From the NCBI GenBank assembly GCA_050257855.1, contig JBLMXQ010000018.1, forward strand, positions 5,486-69,485: DNA of 64,000 nt, written 5' to 3'. Below are positions 18,074 to 32,341 of this stretch, piece by piece. A program made the translations under genes and the position numbers. Under the pieces are notes generated by a model, which did no database searches, had not been told where the DNA came from, and saw only the letters and a program-made list of their open reading frames with translations. The DNA is from Betaproteobacteria bacterium. GTDB taxonomy: Bacteria; Acidobacteriota; Vicinamibacteria; Vicinamibacterales; CAVVIG01. The first letter of the stretch is position 1. The number at the start of each line of letters is the position of its first letter.

Positions 18074-18892
18074 GTGACCGATACTTCAACAAACGAGCCG
18101 ATGTTCTCAGCCGGCGATGCCTACGAGCGCTTCATGGGCAGATGGAGCCGCATTCTCGCACCGCTTCTGGTGCGGTTCGCCGGCGTCAGGAACGGCGATG
18201 CTGTCCTCGACGTCGGTTCAGGTACCGGTGCACTCACCGCGGCTGTGACCGCGGTGGCTCCGGCCAGCCGCATCATCGGCGTCGATCCCGCCGCGCCGTA
18301 TGTCGCCTTCGCGCAATCGCGACACCCGCCGGACCGAATCCGGTTCGAGGTGGGGGATGCGCAGCACCTTCGATTCGCGGATGGAAGCTTCGATCGGACG
18401 CTCTCGCTCTTGATCCTGAATTTCGTTCCCGATCCCCGGAAAGCGCTCGACGAGATGACGCGCGTGACACGGCCCGGCGGCACGGTTGCCGCCGCCGTGT
18501 GGGATTACGGGCAGGGCATGGAGCTGCTGCGCGTGTTCTGGGACGAGGCGACTGCGCTGGGCCCCGACGTGGACGCAAGGGACGAACGGCACATGCCGCT
18601 CTCCCGCAGCGGCGAGCTCGCGGCGCTCTGGCGCGGCCACCGACTGCGGGACGTGTCGGACGAGGCGCTCACGATCGAGACTCGGTTCTCTTCGTTCGAC
18701 GACTACTGGTCGCCGTTTCTCGAGAAGCAAGGTCCAGCGGGTGCACACGTGGCGACCCTGCCGGCAGGCGACCGCGAACAGCTCCGGCTGCGATTGCGCC
18801 GACGCCTGCTCGGCGACGGACCCGATCGTCCGCTAGTCCTCCGCGCGCGCGCGTGGGCGGCGCGGGGCGTCGTGCCTCCGCGCTCCACGTAG
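18074..18892 (+). CDS. Class I SAM-dependent methyltransferase
   Basis: VLDVGSGTG motif I; [15 protein letters not shown]; alternative start ATG 18101. Confidence 0.9.
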   Translation: MTDTSTNEPMFSAGDAYERFMGRWSRILAPLLVRFAGVRNGDAVLDVGSGTGALTAAVTAVAPASRIIGVDPAAPYVAFAQSRHPPDRIRFEVGDAQHLRFADGSFDRTLSLLILNFVPDPRKALDEMTRVTRPGGTVAAAVWDYGQGMELLRVFWDEATALGPDVDARDERHMPLSRSGELAALWRGHRLRDVSDEALTIETRFSSFDDYWSPFLEKQGPAGAHVATLPAGDREQLRLRLRRRLLGDGPDRPLVLRARAWAARGVVPPRST

Positions 18893-18901
18893 ACGTCGGG
18901 A

Positions 18902-21225
<2,324 letters not shown>

Positions 21226-21331
21226 AATGTCTCCGCGTTGATATTGAACCTAATCGTCCCCCGGATGAAGCTCGATCGTCAACATGTCGGGGTTTGCCGT
21301 CGTGAGGCAGTCTGGACCCGGGCTGGCGCCC

Positions 21332-21365
21332 CGGTAGGGGCGGACCTGAAGGTCCGCCCCTACCG
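21332..21365. repeat. GTAG-type REP-like palindrome (15-bp stem, TGAA loop)
   Basis: CGGTAGGGGCGGACC-TGAA-GGTCCGCCCCTACCG; degenerate copy GCGGTCTGAAGGCCGGCCCCTGCCG at 21399-21423. Confidence 0.7.
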
Positions 21366-21460
21366 AATTCCCGCGCTACCAAATTCCGCCAACGCGAGGC
21401 GGTCTGAAGGCCGGCCCCTGCCGGCACCTCGCCCTCGTCGAGACGGAACACTTCCACGCC

Positions 21461-21503
21461 TTGACATCCTAGGTGAGCCAGCCGTAGACTTCCGTTCGCC
21501 TAG
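21461..21503 (+). promoter_or_regulatory. Second padR promoter with CCTAG operator
   Basis: TTGACA-t-CCTAGG...N18-TAGACT, second CCTAG at 21499-21503. Confidence 0.65.
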
Positions 21504-21504
21504 A

Positions 21505-21846
21505 ATGTCTACCGAAGAGCCGGATCGCCTCGAACTGCTGCAGGGCACGCTCGATCTCCTGATTCTGCAGACGCTGCGCCCCGGTCCCGCGCACGGCCAC
21601 ACGATCATGCAGGCGATCAGGCAGAACTCGGACGAGGTGCTGCAGGTGGAGCAGGGATCGCTCTATCCGGCGCTCCATCGCCTCCTCAAGCGCGGCTGGA
21701 TCTCCTTCGCGCACGGCACGTCGGAGAACAACCGGCGCGCGAAGTACTACAGCCTGACCGCGAGGGGTCGCAGGCAGCTGGCCATCGAAACGTCGAAGTG
21801 GGAGACGCTCGCCCGCGCCATCGCGCGGGTCCTGAGGCCGGCGTGA
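21505..21846 (+). CDS. padR: Acidobacterial PadR-family regulator
   Basis: LELLQGTLDLLILQTL..AHGHTI..EQGSLYPALHRL..SENNRRAKYY. Confidence 0.93.
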   Translation: MSTEEPDRLELLQGTLDLLILQTLRPGPAHGHTIMQAIRQNSDEVLQVEQGSLYPALHRLLKRGWISFAHGTSENNRRAKYYSLTARGRRQLAIETSKWETLARAIARVLRPA

Positions 21847-24494
21847 TCCGGCGAGGACGCTCGGCCCTCGGCGATCTCGACGAGGACATCCGCGATCACA
21901 TCGATCGGGAGATCGAGGAGAACATCGCGCGCGGCATGACGCCCGGTGACGCGGCGGCCGCCGCGAGGCGGGCGTTCGGCAACATCATGCTGACGAAAGA
22001 GGCGGCGCGAGCCGTCTGGATACCGATCTGGTGGGACGAGCGGCTCCAGGACGTGCGCTTCGCTCTGCGGGGTCTGCGCCGGACGCCGGCGCTGACCGCG
22101 GCGATCGTCGCCACGCTCGCGATTGGCGTCGGCGCGACGACCGCGATCTTCAGCATGGTGAACCTGCTCCTCCTGCGCCCGACTCCCGGAGTGGCGGACC
22201 CGGCACGACTCGTCTCGGTCGAGCGTACCGGGGCGCAGGGCATCATCGACATCTTCTCGTACCCCGACTACCTCGACCTGCACGATCGCGCGAAGGACGT
22301 GGACCTCGCCGGCTTCCGGCGATCGGCGCTCGACGTCGGTGCCGGCAGGCCCCAACGCGTCTCGGGCGCGCTCGTCACCGGCAACTACTTCGCGGTGCTC
22401 GGCGTCGGCGCCTGGCTGGGCCGCACGCTCTCGGCCGCCGACGAGCACGCGCAGGTGGTCGACGTCAGCTACGCGTGCTGGAAGGGTCTGCTCGGCGGCG
22501 ACCCGGACGTCGTCGGCCGCGGAATCGACGTGAACGGCCACGCGTTCACGGTCGTCGGCGTCCTGGCACCGGGGTTCGACGGGACCTTCCCGGGCCAGTT
22601 CGACGCCGTGTGGCTGCCGATCTCGTCGCAGCCGATCGCGATGCCGCGCATGTCGGCCGGCGTGCTGGCGAATCGCAACTCGAGATGGGTCGAGATTCTC
22701 GGCCGTCTGCGCGAGGGCGTGTCGCGCGCGGCGGCCTCGACGCGGGTGGCGGCGATCGGCGAGGCACTCGCGCGAGCCTACCCCGGCGACCACGGCGCCG
22801 GCCGGCTCACGCTCAGGCCGGGCCTCGGGCTGGCGTCCGACGACCGCGCCCAGATGACGGGTCTCCTGGGCATGCTTGGCGCGGCCGCGGGCCTGCTCTT
22901 CGTCATCGCTTGTGGCAACGCGGCCAACCTGCTCCTCTCGCGCGCGGAGGATCGGCGCCGCGAGATGGCGACCCGGCGGGCGCTCGGCGCGAGCGGGACA
23001 CGACTGGCCGTCCAGCTCCTGACCGAAGGGATCCTGCTCGCGACGGCGGGAGGCGCGGCAGGGTTGTGGCTTGCGCCGGGCGCCGTGGCCTGGCTCAGCA
23101 CATTGTCCGTGTCGGCGTACGGCATCCACCCCGAGGCCTTCGGCGTCGACGCGCGCGTCGGCCTGTTCGCGCTCGCGCTTTCGGCGCTGGTGTCGATCGT
23201 CTTCACCGTCGTGCCCCTGCGGCTGGCCGGGCGGAACGGGCTGGCCGATGCGCTCCGCTCGGGCGCACGCGGAGTCGCGGGATCCCGCGGGAGCCTGCGG
23301 GCCTCGCTCGTCGTCCTCCAGGTCGGGCTGTCGGTCGCGCTCGTCATCGGCGCGGGATTGTCCGTGCGGACGATGGCGAAGATCCGCGCGGTCACGCCCG
23401 GCTACGCGACGTCAGGCATCGTGACGGCATCGTATGCGCTCGACCTGCACGGCTACACGCCACCGCGCGCGGCGGCGTTCTTCGCCGCGCTGGCGGCATC
23501 GCTGCGCGAGCAGCCGGACGTGACGGCCGCCAGCTGGGCCACGGCGGTGCCGCCGGTCGCCTTCGGCGGCCGTCGCTCGGTCTTTCACGTGGGCGAGGCT
23601 CCGCCGCAGGCCGAGTTGCAGCGCCACGAAGAGGAGCTGGGCATCCGCGCGGACGTGACGATGGTGGGGCCGGACTTCTTTCGCACGATGGGCATGGCCC
23701 TGGCGCGCGGCCGCGGTTTCGACGCGCGCGACCGAGAGGGGGCGCAGGCCGTCGCGGTCGTCAACCGCGCGCTGGCCGAGCGGCTCTGGCCGGGCGAGAA
23801 CGCCGTGGGCCGGTACCTCGAGGCGCCCCCGTACAGCGGCGCCGTGCCGCCGCCGCTGCAGGTGGTCGGCGTCATGTCCGACACGCGCCATCGGTCGCTC
23901 CTGAGCGACCGCGCGGAGCCGGTGCTCTATATGCCGTTTCTGCAGAACCCGGATACGCGCGCGACGCTGGTGCTCCAGACCACGACCACCGCGGCCGCGC
24001 TGACGCCGCGCCTGCGGGAGGCTGCCGCGACGATTGACCCGGACGTGCCGGCGATCGCGATCGACGACATGCGGGAGTACGTGGCCGCGACGCTCTGGGA
24101 GCAGCGCGCGGCGGTCGACGGCTTCGGTCTCTTCGCCGTCTGCGGTCTGTGTCTCGCGGCGATTGGCGTCTACGCGGCGGTCGCGCACCGGGTCGCCGCG
24201 CGGACACGTGAACTGGGCATTCGCATCGCCCTCGGAGCGTCCGCGCGCGGGCTGGCCGCGCTCGTCGTTCGTGACAGCGCGCGGATGGCGGTGCTCGGAA
24301 TCGGCGCTGGCGTGGCCCTGTCGCTGGCGATCGGCACCTGGATGCGCGACATGCTGTTCGGCGTCGACCCGCACGATCCGCTGACGTTCATCCTGGCGCC
24401 GGCCGCGCTCCTCCTCATCAGCGTGGCCGCGAGCGCGATTCCCGCCTGGCGCGCGGCGCGCGCCAACCCGATCGAAGCGCTCCATCAGGAGTGA
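21843..24494 (+). CDS. ADOP-type duplicated ABC permease
   Basis: GTGA overlap with padR; DLDEDIRDHID prefix domain; IACGNAANLLL; RTRELGIRIALGA; IPAWRAARANPIEALHQE. Confidence 0.92.
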   Translation: MIRRGRSALGDLDEDIRDHIDREIEENIARGMTPGDAAAAARRAFGNIMLTKEAARAVWIPIWWDERLQDVRFALRGLRRTPALTAAIVATLAIGVGATTAIFSMVNLLLLRPTPGVADPARLVSVERTGAQGIIDIFSYPDYLDLHDRAKDVDLAGFRRSALDVGAGRPQRVSGALVTGNYFAVLGVGAWLGRTLSAADEHAQVVDVSYACWKGLLGGDPDVVGRGIDVNGHAFTVVGVLAPGFDGTFPGQFDAVWLPISSQPIAMPRMSAGVLANRNSRWVEILGRLREGVSRAAASTRVAAIGEALARAYPGDHGAGRLTLRPGLGLASDDRAQMTGLLGMLGAAAGLLFVIACGNAANLLLSRAEDRRREMATRRALGASGTRLAVQLLTEGILLATAGGAAGLWLAPGAVAWLSTLSVSAYGIHPEAFGVDARVGLFALALSALVSIVFTVVPLRLAGRNGLADALRSGARGVAGSRGSLRASLVVLQVGLSVALVIGAGLSVRTMAKIRAVTPGYATSGIVTASYALDLHGYTPPRAAAFFAALAASLREQPDVTAASWATAVPPVAFGGRRSVFHVGEAPPQAELQRHEEELGIRADVTMVGPDFFRTMGMALARGRGFDARDREGAQAVAVVNRALAERLWPGENAVGRYLEAPPYSGAVPPPLQVVGVMSDTRHRSLLSDRAEPVLYMPFLQNPDTRATLVLQTTTTAAALTPRLREAAATIDPDVPAIAIDDMREYVAATLWEQRAAVDGFGLFAVCGLCLAAIGVYAAVAHRVAARTRELGIRIALGASARGLAALVVRDSARMAVLGIGAGVALSLAIGTWMRDMLFGVDPHDPLTFILAPAALLLISVAASAIPAWRAARANPIEALHQE

Positions 24495-24572
24495 CCTGAT
24501 CGTGCCGTGGAATCGCCAGCGCGACCAACATCTCGGCGCTTCGCCGCGCCGCCACAGGCTCTGTCCGAGATC

Positions 24573-25973
24573 TCAGTCTCCCGGGTGTACGCTCTCGGTG
24601 GCGCCGCCGGACGCGATCCAGCCGCCGATCTGCGCCGCGATCCGTTCGGCCTCGGCGGGGCCCCAGCTTCCACGGTCGTAATCGTACGGCGGCTCGCCGC
24701 CTTCCAGGATCGGATCCACGACGCGCCACGCAGCCTCGACCTCAGCTTCGCTCCCGAAGAGCATGCGGTCCCCGCGCATCGCGTCGCCGAGCAGGCGCTC
24801 GTAGGGTTCCATCTCGTCGCCTGGATGGCGGTGTTCGACCAGGCGGACGTCTTCGCCGATCATCGCCTCGCCAGGCACCTTGAGCCGGGCGGTCAACGAG
24901 ATGGACACATCCGGACTCAATCGAAAGGCGATCTCGTTGGAATGGCCGGCCGCCTTCGCGTCGAAGAGGGCGTGCGCCGGCTGCTTGAATCTGACATGCA
25001 CCTCGGTGACGGTGGAGGCCAGGCGCTTGCCGGTGCGGATCCCGAAGGGCACCCCGGCCCATCGGGGATTTTCGATCGCGAGCCGGGCGGCGACGTAGGT
25101 TTCGACCCGCGAATTCGGTGCGACCCCTGCTTCGGTTCGGTAGCCGCGATACTGCCCGCGCACCACATCGACCGGGCGAAGCGGACGAACCGCCTTCAGG
25201 ACCGCCACCTTGGCGGCGTCGATGGCGGGGCCGTCGCCCGCCGCCGGGCGGTCCATCGCGAGCAGCGAGAGGACCTGCAGCAGATGATTCTGGAAGACAT
25301 CCCGGACGGCGCCGACCCCCTCGTAGAAGGCGCCCCGGCCGCGGACGCCGAACGTCTCCGCCATCGTGATCTGCATGCTTTCGACGTGCGCGGCATTCCA
25401 GATCGGCTCCAGAAACGCGTTCGCGAACCGGAAGTACAGGAGGTTCTGCACCGCCTCCTTGCCGAGGAAATGATCGATGCGGTAGACGACCGGCTCGGGA
25501 AACGATTCGTGGAGGGTCGCGTTGAGGGCCCTCGCGGACGCGAGGTCACGACCGAACGGTTTTTCCACGACCACACGAGCCTGCGCGACGGGACCCGACC
25601 GCGCCAGGCCGGACGCGACAGTACCGAACAGACTCGGCGGAATCGCCAGATAGAACAGCGGCCGTTCGGCCGAGCCGAGCGCCTGCCGCAATTTGCCGAA
25701 CGTATCGGGCGCCTCGTAGTCACCGGCCACGTACGCCAGGCGCGCGGCCAGACGACCAAAGGCGTCAGCGTCGACGCCGCCATGCGCGGCGATGCTCTGG
25801 CGTGCACGCGCGCGCAGTTGTTCGATCGTCCAGTCCGGCTTGGCGACGCCGATGACCGGGATGTCCAGATGGCCGCGGCGGGTCATCGCCTGCAGGGCAG
25901 GGAAGATCTGCTCGTAGGCGAGGTCGCCCGTGGCGCCGAACAAGACCAGGGCGTCGGAGTGAGGCTCAGGCAT
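24573..25973 (-). CDS. zwf: Glucose-6-phosphate 1-dehydrogenase
   Basis: [43 protein letters not shown]. Confidence 0.95.
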   Translation of the reverse strand: MPEPHSDALVLFGATGDLAYEQIFPALQAMTRRGHLDIPVIGVAKPDWTIEQLRARARQSIAAHGGVDADAFGRLAARLAYVAGDYEAPDTFGKLRQALGSAERPLFYLAIPPSLFGTVASGLARSGPVAQARVVVEKPFGRDLASARALNATLHESFPEPVVYRIDHFLGKEAVQNLLYFRFANAFLEPIWNAAHVESMQITMAETFGVRGRGAFYEGVGAVRDVFQNHLLQVLSLLAMDRPAAGDGPAIDAAKVAVLKAVRPLRPVDVVRGQYRGYRTEAGVAPNSRVETYVAARLAIENPRWAGVPFGIRTGKRLASTVTEVHVRFKQPAHALFDAKAAGHSNEIAFRLSPDVSISLTARLKVPGEAMIGEDVRLVEHRHPGDEMEPYERLLGDAMRGDRMLFGSEAEVEAAWRVVDPILEGGEPPYDYDRGSWGPAEAERIAAQIGGWIASGGATESVHPGD

Positions 25974-26254
25974 GATCACGATTCTCTCGCATCCAGCGTC
26001 CCGCTCCGCATCCGGCCACACGGTCTCCGCCTGAACACCGCGACGTGTCGGCGCCAATGGCGGGCGCGCGTCAGCGGCGCGAACGGTCGAGCCGGCTCAC
26101 GCCGCGCGGTCAACGAGGGCGCTCATCGGCGTCACCGGCTCCGCCGCGCCGCCAGGATCTGTTGCGATGCGGCGCCCGGCGGGCCCTGTGCCGTTGTGAA
26201 CACCCTCGGTCTGTGCGCCGGGCGTAATCTGAGTGAGAAGAAATGGAGGACGTC

Positions 26255-26485
26255 ATGTCAGGGTATCGCAATCCTTTGATAGTCACGGTCATCTGGGTGC
26301 TCGTTGCCGCCGGACTCGGTTTCGCCTACGAGGCGGACCGCATCGGTGCCGGCACGCTGCTCTTTCTGGGCATCCTGGCGCTGACGTTGGGCGTGATCGT
26401 GGCGATCTTCCTGAGGAGACTGAGCCGCCCCGCCGACTCCGTGGAGCAAATGCTGTACAAGACCGATCATCCGACGCGAACGTAA
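26255..26485 (+). CDS. Small 2-TM membrane protein
   Basis: RBS GGAGG before ATG 26255; two hydrophobic helices. Confidence 0.65.
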   Translation: MSGYRNPLIVTVIWVLVAAGLGFAYEADRIGAGTLLFLGILALTLGVIVAIFLRRLSRPADSVEQMLYKTDHPTRT

Positions 26486-26543
26486 GGTAACCGACCTGTT
26501 CTGTGAATTTGTCCCGGCTGATGACGACGCTTCGCCTTCGATG

Positions 26544-26939
26544 TCATCGCCCATACTGTTCGTCGCTGACTCCCTCCATCCAGGCGACGGTCCTGCCGTC
26601 GAGCCGTTCCTGGATGGCGATGTGCGACATGGCGGTCGTTGGCGCGGCGCCATGCCAGTGTTTCTCGCCGGGCGCGAACGAGATCACGTCACCCGGCCGG
26701 ATTTCCTCGATCGGACCTCCCCAGCGCTGGGCGCGGCCGCAACCTGCGGTCACCACCAGCGTCTGGCCGAGCGGGTGCGTGTGCCATGCTGTCCGAGCGC
26801 CCGGCTCGAACGTGACGCTCGCGCCGACGACGCGTGCCGGATCGGCGGCTTCGAACAGAGGGTCGATCCGCACCGTGCCGGTGAAGTACTCCGCGGGACC
26901 CTTGCCGGACGGTTGTGAGCCGCTTCTCTTGATGTCCAT
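26544..26939 (-). CDS. Cupin-domain protein
   Basis: [42 protein letters not shown]. Confidence 0.92.
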   Translation of the reverse strand: MDIKRSGSQPSGKGPAEYFTGTVRIDPLFEAADPARVVGASVTFEPGARTAWHTHPLGQTLVVTAGCGRAQRWGGPIEEIRPGDVISFAPGEKHWHGAAPTTAMSHIAIQERLDGRTVAWMEGVSDEQYGR

Positions 26940-26956
26940 GTTGGTGCGCGTGCCGA

Positions 26957-28113
<1,157 letters not shown>

Positions 28114-28205
28114 CTACAGCGCAAGCCCACATTGTGGTCGTGGAGACGGCGCGACGGCAAGCTGATGAGAAACGCCAACTCATCCGTCTGCCCGGGATCG
28201 ATGGC

Positions 28206-29492
28206 TCAAAAAGCGGTCGTCTTCGCTCGCACCGTCACCTGCCTGCCGCTTCTTTCCAGGATGAGAACGTGAACCGTGCCAGGCTTCCCATGCAGCGCGG
28301 CAAACACCGCGCCGCGCGTCGCGCCGTTCACGCGAAGGCCGTCGACCTGAACCAGCTTGTCCCCTGCGCGAACCCCTTCGACGGTTTGCTTCCCGGCTTT
28401 CTCGGCAATCCCGGCGATGAAGTACCCTGCCTCATTGTCGTGCGTTTCCAGTGTCACGCCCACCTGATCGAGGTCGTGTGGATCGATGTCGCTCTCCCGC
28501 TCCCAGTAGGTCATGCGCCGGGGGAAATCAATCGTGACCCGAAATCCCTTCAGCACATTGCCGCCCAGCCAGCCGATGACAGGCTCGGGAGCCTTCTTCG
28601 AATACCAGTCGAAGAAGTCTCCATGAACCTTGCTCTCGCCCGGTGCCGGAGGAAACGGAGGCGTTTCAGGGGCAATCCCGAGCACTCCAATCTGCTTCAG
28701 ACGCAGTGAGGTGAGGCCGATCTCGGGCACACGCAGGATCGTGGCGCCGGCTTCCGCCCCACCGGCTCTGGTCTGCATGTTGGCTTCCCCGACTGCTCCC
28801 GTCCCCCGCTTCCAGTCCGGATGAGCGTTCGCCCATTGCCTGGCGACCTCGTCGCGAACCCACGAGTACGCCGACCCCGAATCAACCGCCATCGCGTAAG
28901 GATGCCCCGCAATGACGGCCGTTACGGATATGAGCCCTGTCTTCTCGTTCACCCGACACGGAACGGCAACGCCTGCCGGCTCGAGCGTGTCCGGGCGCGC
29001 CATCGTCAGGCTTCGCCTCGCGTAATCGAACGTCACCTGAAAATCCTTCATGATCGCGCCCGGCAACACGGCCTCGACCGGAACGGTCGCTCTTCCGTCG
29101 GGACCGGTCGAGAAAGAACCGGTGCTGGCCTCGACGGCGGACGATTCGACTCGAATTTCCAGCCGTCCGACGCGGAATATCGCCGGATTGCCCCTGTCAA
29201 TCTGCAGCTCCTTCCGCAGTCTCTCGTTGAGTACGAGGACAGGCGTTCCCAGGTCCACGAATGCCAATGCCTTGCGCAGAGTCCCGTCCGGCCGGACGAA
29301 CGCCAGCTCGGCAAACATGCGATTGTCGTCGAGGATGAAGGGCACGGTTCCGGCCGAAGGCGCCGGCGAGGCAAGAGCAGGACGGGTGTGCGAGGGTATT
29401 GCCGAGGCGAGCAGCAACAACGGCAGGCAGCACCCAATTCTTGCCAGGCGGGACTTGTCGGACCTGCCGGTCACGGCGGTGATTTCCCCCAT
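28206..29492 (-). CDS. Secreted retropepsin-like aspartyl protease with C-terminal PDZ
   Basis: FVDLGT and AVDSGS motifs; GWLGGNVLKGFRVTIDF; PDZ-like GVRAGDKLVQVDG; start uncertain. Confidence 0.7.
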   Translation of the reverse strand: MGEITAVTGRSDKSRLARIGCCLPLLLLASAIPSHTRPALASPAPSAGTVPFILDDNRMFAELAFVRPDGTLRKALAFVDLGTPVLVLNERLRKELQIDRGNPAIFRVGRLEIRVESSAVEASTGSFSTGPDGRATVPVEAVLPGAIMKDFQVTFDYARRSLTMARPDTLEPAGVAVPCRVNEKTGLISVTAVIAGHPYAMAVDSGSAYSWVRDEVARQWANAHPDWKRGTGAVGEANMQTRAGGAEAGATILRVPEIGLTSLRLKQIGVLGIAPETPPFPPAPGESKVHGDFFDWYSKKAPEPVIGWLGGNVLKGFRVTIDFPRRMTYWERESDIDPHDLDQVGVTLETHDNEAGYFIAGIAEKAGKQTVEGVRAGDKLVQVDGLRVNGATRGAVFAALHGKPGTVHVLILERSGRQVTVRAKTTAF

Positions 29493-29559
29493 GCCGACCT
29501 TTGACGCGGCGGCACGATTGGCGGTTTCGGACTGGCAGGAATCTTGTAGCGTCTCGGCC

Positions 29560-30882
29560 ATGCTGGACAGGATTCGTTCGTACCGGCGGATCGCGGGCCG
29601 GATGTTCGACGTCCGATCGCCGCAGGAGAGCCGCGAGCGCGCCGCTCACGCGGTCGCGCTGCTGCTCGTGTCCACGGCGGCAGTCGCCGGGTATGTCACC
29701 GGCGCGACAGGTCACCCTGTACCGTTCACGCTTTTTTCGGTTGCGATCGCGGCGAGCGCCGCGCACGGCGGCTTCGCGCCGGGGCTGGTGGCAACGCTTG
29801 CCGCGATCCTGGCCGGCGGAATCGGAGGTCCGGTGCCCGTCGACGCGCGCACGCGAGTGCTGTTCGGGGTTGAAGGCGTCTTGGTCGCCCTCATCGTCTC
29901 GGCGATCAGGTCCCGCCTTCTCGAAGCCGAGCTGCGGCTCGAGGCGGCCGAAGCGATGGTCGCCGATCTGAGGGTCCGGGACCGGCACGGGCGGCTGCTC
30001 GACGCAGCGCTGCGGCACCTCGAGGACACCGGCACCGAAACGGCGGTCGTCGTGCTGAACGATCGCGGCGCGATCACGGAGTGGCGCAGCAGCGCGGAGC
30101 GGCTTTACGGTCACGCTGCCGGCGACATCGCCGGGGCGTCGGTGGTGTCGTTGTCGTTCGAAGACGACTGGCCCGCCCTGCTGCGCGCCGCGGCGGAGAC
30201 AGGGTCGGTTCGGCGATCGGCCGTGCACCGCCGCGCGGACGGGTCGCGCATGCAGGTCGAGCTCGAGCTCAAGCCCCTTCTCGATGCCGACGCACGCGGA
30301 TTCACCCTCGCCGTGAAGGACCTGGCCCGACGCCTCGAGTGGGACGACTACCGCGAGGCGGCCACGCGGGCGCAGGCGGCGCTGCAGCAAGCGGCGGACG
30401 ATGCGCGGCAGCAGCTGGCGGCGCTCGAGAGTCTCACCGACCCGGCGCTGAACCCCCTCGCCGGGCCCGCGATGGTCACGGAGCTCCTCGATCGGCTGCG
30501 CACGACGCTCGGCGCCGACGGCGCGGCGCTGGTGGCGCCCGGGCGGGTCGGGGCGCGCCTCGTCGCCGCGAGCGGGATGCAGCCGACCGGTTCAGCTCCC
30601 GGCGGTGGGGAGAATCCGCCCCTGACGCCCGGCCGCGTCGCCCTCGTTCACAACGACCCGGCGCGGGTGGAGCAATTGAGCGCCCTTTGCTGGCCGGGCG
30701 ACGTGTCCTCGTTGATGATCGTGCCCGTTGTCCACGACGGGCACGTGTGGTCGACGGTCGAGGTCGTGAGCGAACGATCGCGGCGCGCGAGCGACTGGGA
30801 CGTGGCGCTCGCCCGCATCGTTGCCGATCGCCTGGCGGCCGTGGTGGCGCAGGACCGCTGGCTTCCGGCGAAGGTATCCTGA
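29560..30882 (+). CDS. Membrane sensor (DUF4118-like) + PAS + GAF-like, no output domain
   Basis: TM block with GGFAPGLVATL; VVLNDRGAITEWRSSAERLYG..HRRADGS; SSLMIVPV..ALARIVADRLA then stop. Confidence 0.72.
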   Translation: MLDRIRSYRRIAGRMFDVRSPQESRERAAHAVALLLVSTAAVAGYVTGATGHPVPFTLFSVAIAASAAHGGFAPGLVATLAAILAGGIGGPVPVDARTRVLFGVEGVLVALIVSAIRSRLLEAELRLEAAEAMVADLRVRDRHGRLLDAALRHLEDTGTETAVVVLNDRGAITEWRSSAERLYGHAAGDIAGASVVSLSFEDDWPALLRAAAETGSVRRSAVHRRADGSRMQVELELKPLLDADARGFTLAVKDLARRLEWDDYREAATRAQAALQQAADDARQQLAALESLTDPALNPLAGPAMVTELLDRLRTTLGADGAALVAPGRVGARLVAASGMQPTGSAPGGGENPPLTPGRVALVHNDPARVEQLSALCWPGDVSSLMIVPVVHDGHVWSTVEVVSERSRRASDWDVALARIVADRLAAVVAQDRWLPAKVS

Positions 30883-31004
30883 TTCGCCGGCGCAGGACGC
30901 CGCCACGAATACCCCGCATATCCCCGCCCCTCATTCGTCTGCGGTGGCCCATTTCGCGGCGATTGGATCCGCGGACCGTGATCCACCGCCGCGGCGACAG
31001 CCAG

Positions 31005-31204
31005 CGCTTTCCGCGCCCATACGCGAACTCGATGCGCTCGGTCCGAATGCCACAATGCCGACAGACGACTCGTCGCTGCGGGTGCACCAGCGTGACGCGA
31101 TGCGAGGCCCACGGCAGGTCGTCCCAGATGCGATCGCGCGTCGACCGCACAACGCGAAACCCGGGCGGCCCGAGAATCCGCGTACAATCGCATCGCGATC
31201 CCAC
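31005..31204 (-). mobile_element. ISL3-family transposase N-terminal relic
   Basis: TRILGPPGFRV..DRIWDDLPWASHRVTLVHPQRRVVCRHCGIRTERIEFA (zf-ISL3-like); DDE domain absent. Confidence 0.7.
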
Positions 31205-31240
31205 TCGCTTTCCCGTGCTGGCAGCACTCAAGAGGTCCGC

Positions 31241-32206
31241 ATGAAAGCGGCCGTTCTACATGCCTTTGGACAATCCCCTCGTTATGAGGACTTCGCCGAT
31301 CCCCAAGCGACTGAGGGCGAAGTGCTGGTGCGGGTCAAAGCCGCGTCGCTGAAGAACGTCGACAAGATGATGGCGAGTGGTTCGCATTACGACCGCCTCC
31401 CTGACCTCCCGTGCGTGTGCGGCGTCGACGGGGTCGGCCTCCTTGAGGACGGGGCTCGGGTGTATTGCGGCGGAGCCCGACCGCCTTACGGGATGATGGC
31501 CGAGCGCACCGTTGTCTCCCGAGTCTGGTGTTTGCCAGTTCCTGAGCAGGTCGATGATGTCACCGCCGCCGCTCTGCCGAATCCTGCGCTATCGGCTTGG
31601 CTTTCGCTGACCTGGCGCGCCCGACTCCAGCCGGGCGAGATGGTCCTGATTCTTGGGGCGACCGGGGTCGCGGGCCAACTCGCCGTCCAGATTGCCAAGC
31701 ACCTTGGCGCTGAACGGGTGGTGGCTGCCGGACGCAATCGTCGCGTCTTGACGACATTGCGCGATCTGGGCGCCGACGCGACCATCGCGCTCGATCTGTC
31801 GGATCAAGAGCTGACCGCCGCCTTCATCCGCGAGGCCGGCCCCAGGCGGTTCGACGTTGTTCTCGACTTTGTGTGGGGTCATCCCACGGAAGTCCTGCTG
31901 GCGGCCCTCACTCGTCATGACGTGAAGATCGCAGCTTCCAGAACCCGGTTGGTGGAGATCGGAGAGATGGCAGGGCCGACGATCGCACTCTCTGCTGCAG
32001 CCTTGCGCAGTTCGGGGCTCGAGCTGTACGGGAGCGGCGGAGGGAGTGTTCCGCACGAGGCGATCTTCGAGGCTTTCCCCCAGGTGTGGGCCCTAGCCAG
32101 CGGAGGCAAGCTCCGCATCAAGACCGAACCGATTCCACTCGCCGATGTTGAAAATGCCTGGCAGCGGCGAGATCTTGATGGCCGCCGGCTGGTCCTTGTC
32201 CCGTGA
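31241..32206 (+). CDS. Medium-chain dehydrogenase/quinone oxidoreductase family
   Basis: MKAAVLHAFG, CGVDGVG, VLILGATGVAGQLAVQIAK, FDVVLDFVWG. Confidence 0.92.
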   Translation: MKAAVLHAFGQSPRYEDFADPQATEGEVLVRVKAASLKNVDKMMASGSHYDRLPDLPCVCGVDGVGLLEDGARVYCGGARPPYGMMAERTVVSRVWCLPVPEQVDDVTAAALPNPALSAWLSLTWRARLQPGEMVLILGATGVAGQLAVQIAKHLGAERVVAAGRNRRVLTTLRDLGADATIALDLSDQELTAAFIREAGPRRFDVVLDFVWGHPTEVLLAALTRHDVKIAASRTRLVEIGEMAGPTIALSAAALRSSGLELYGSGGGSVPHEAIFEAFPQVWALASGGKLRIKTEPIPLADVENAWQRRDLDGRRLVLVP

Positions 32207-32341
32207 CAAACCCGCCCGCCAGCGCGCGCACCCGCTGGCGGTGCCGCAGCTTTCGTTTCCGGTTCTTCTGGAACCGTGCCCGATCGCCGTTTCGTTCTGA
32301 CATTTGTGCTCCCTCGATGAAAGCCGCGCCCGCGCCACTCG

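Noticed and set aside
32216-32241. GC hairpin after the oxidoreductase as an intrinsic terminator
   Set aside because: The U-tract does not follow the stem directly; evidence too weak.
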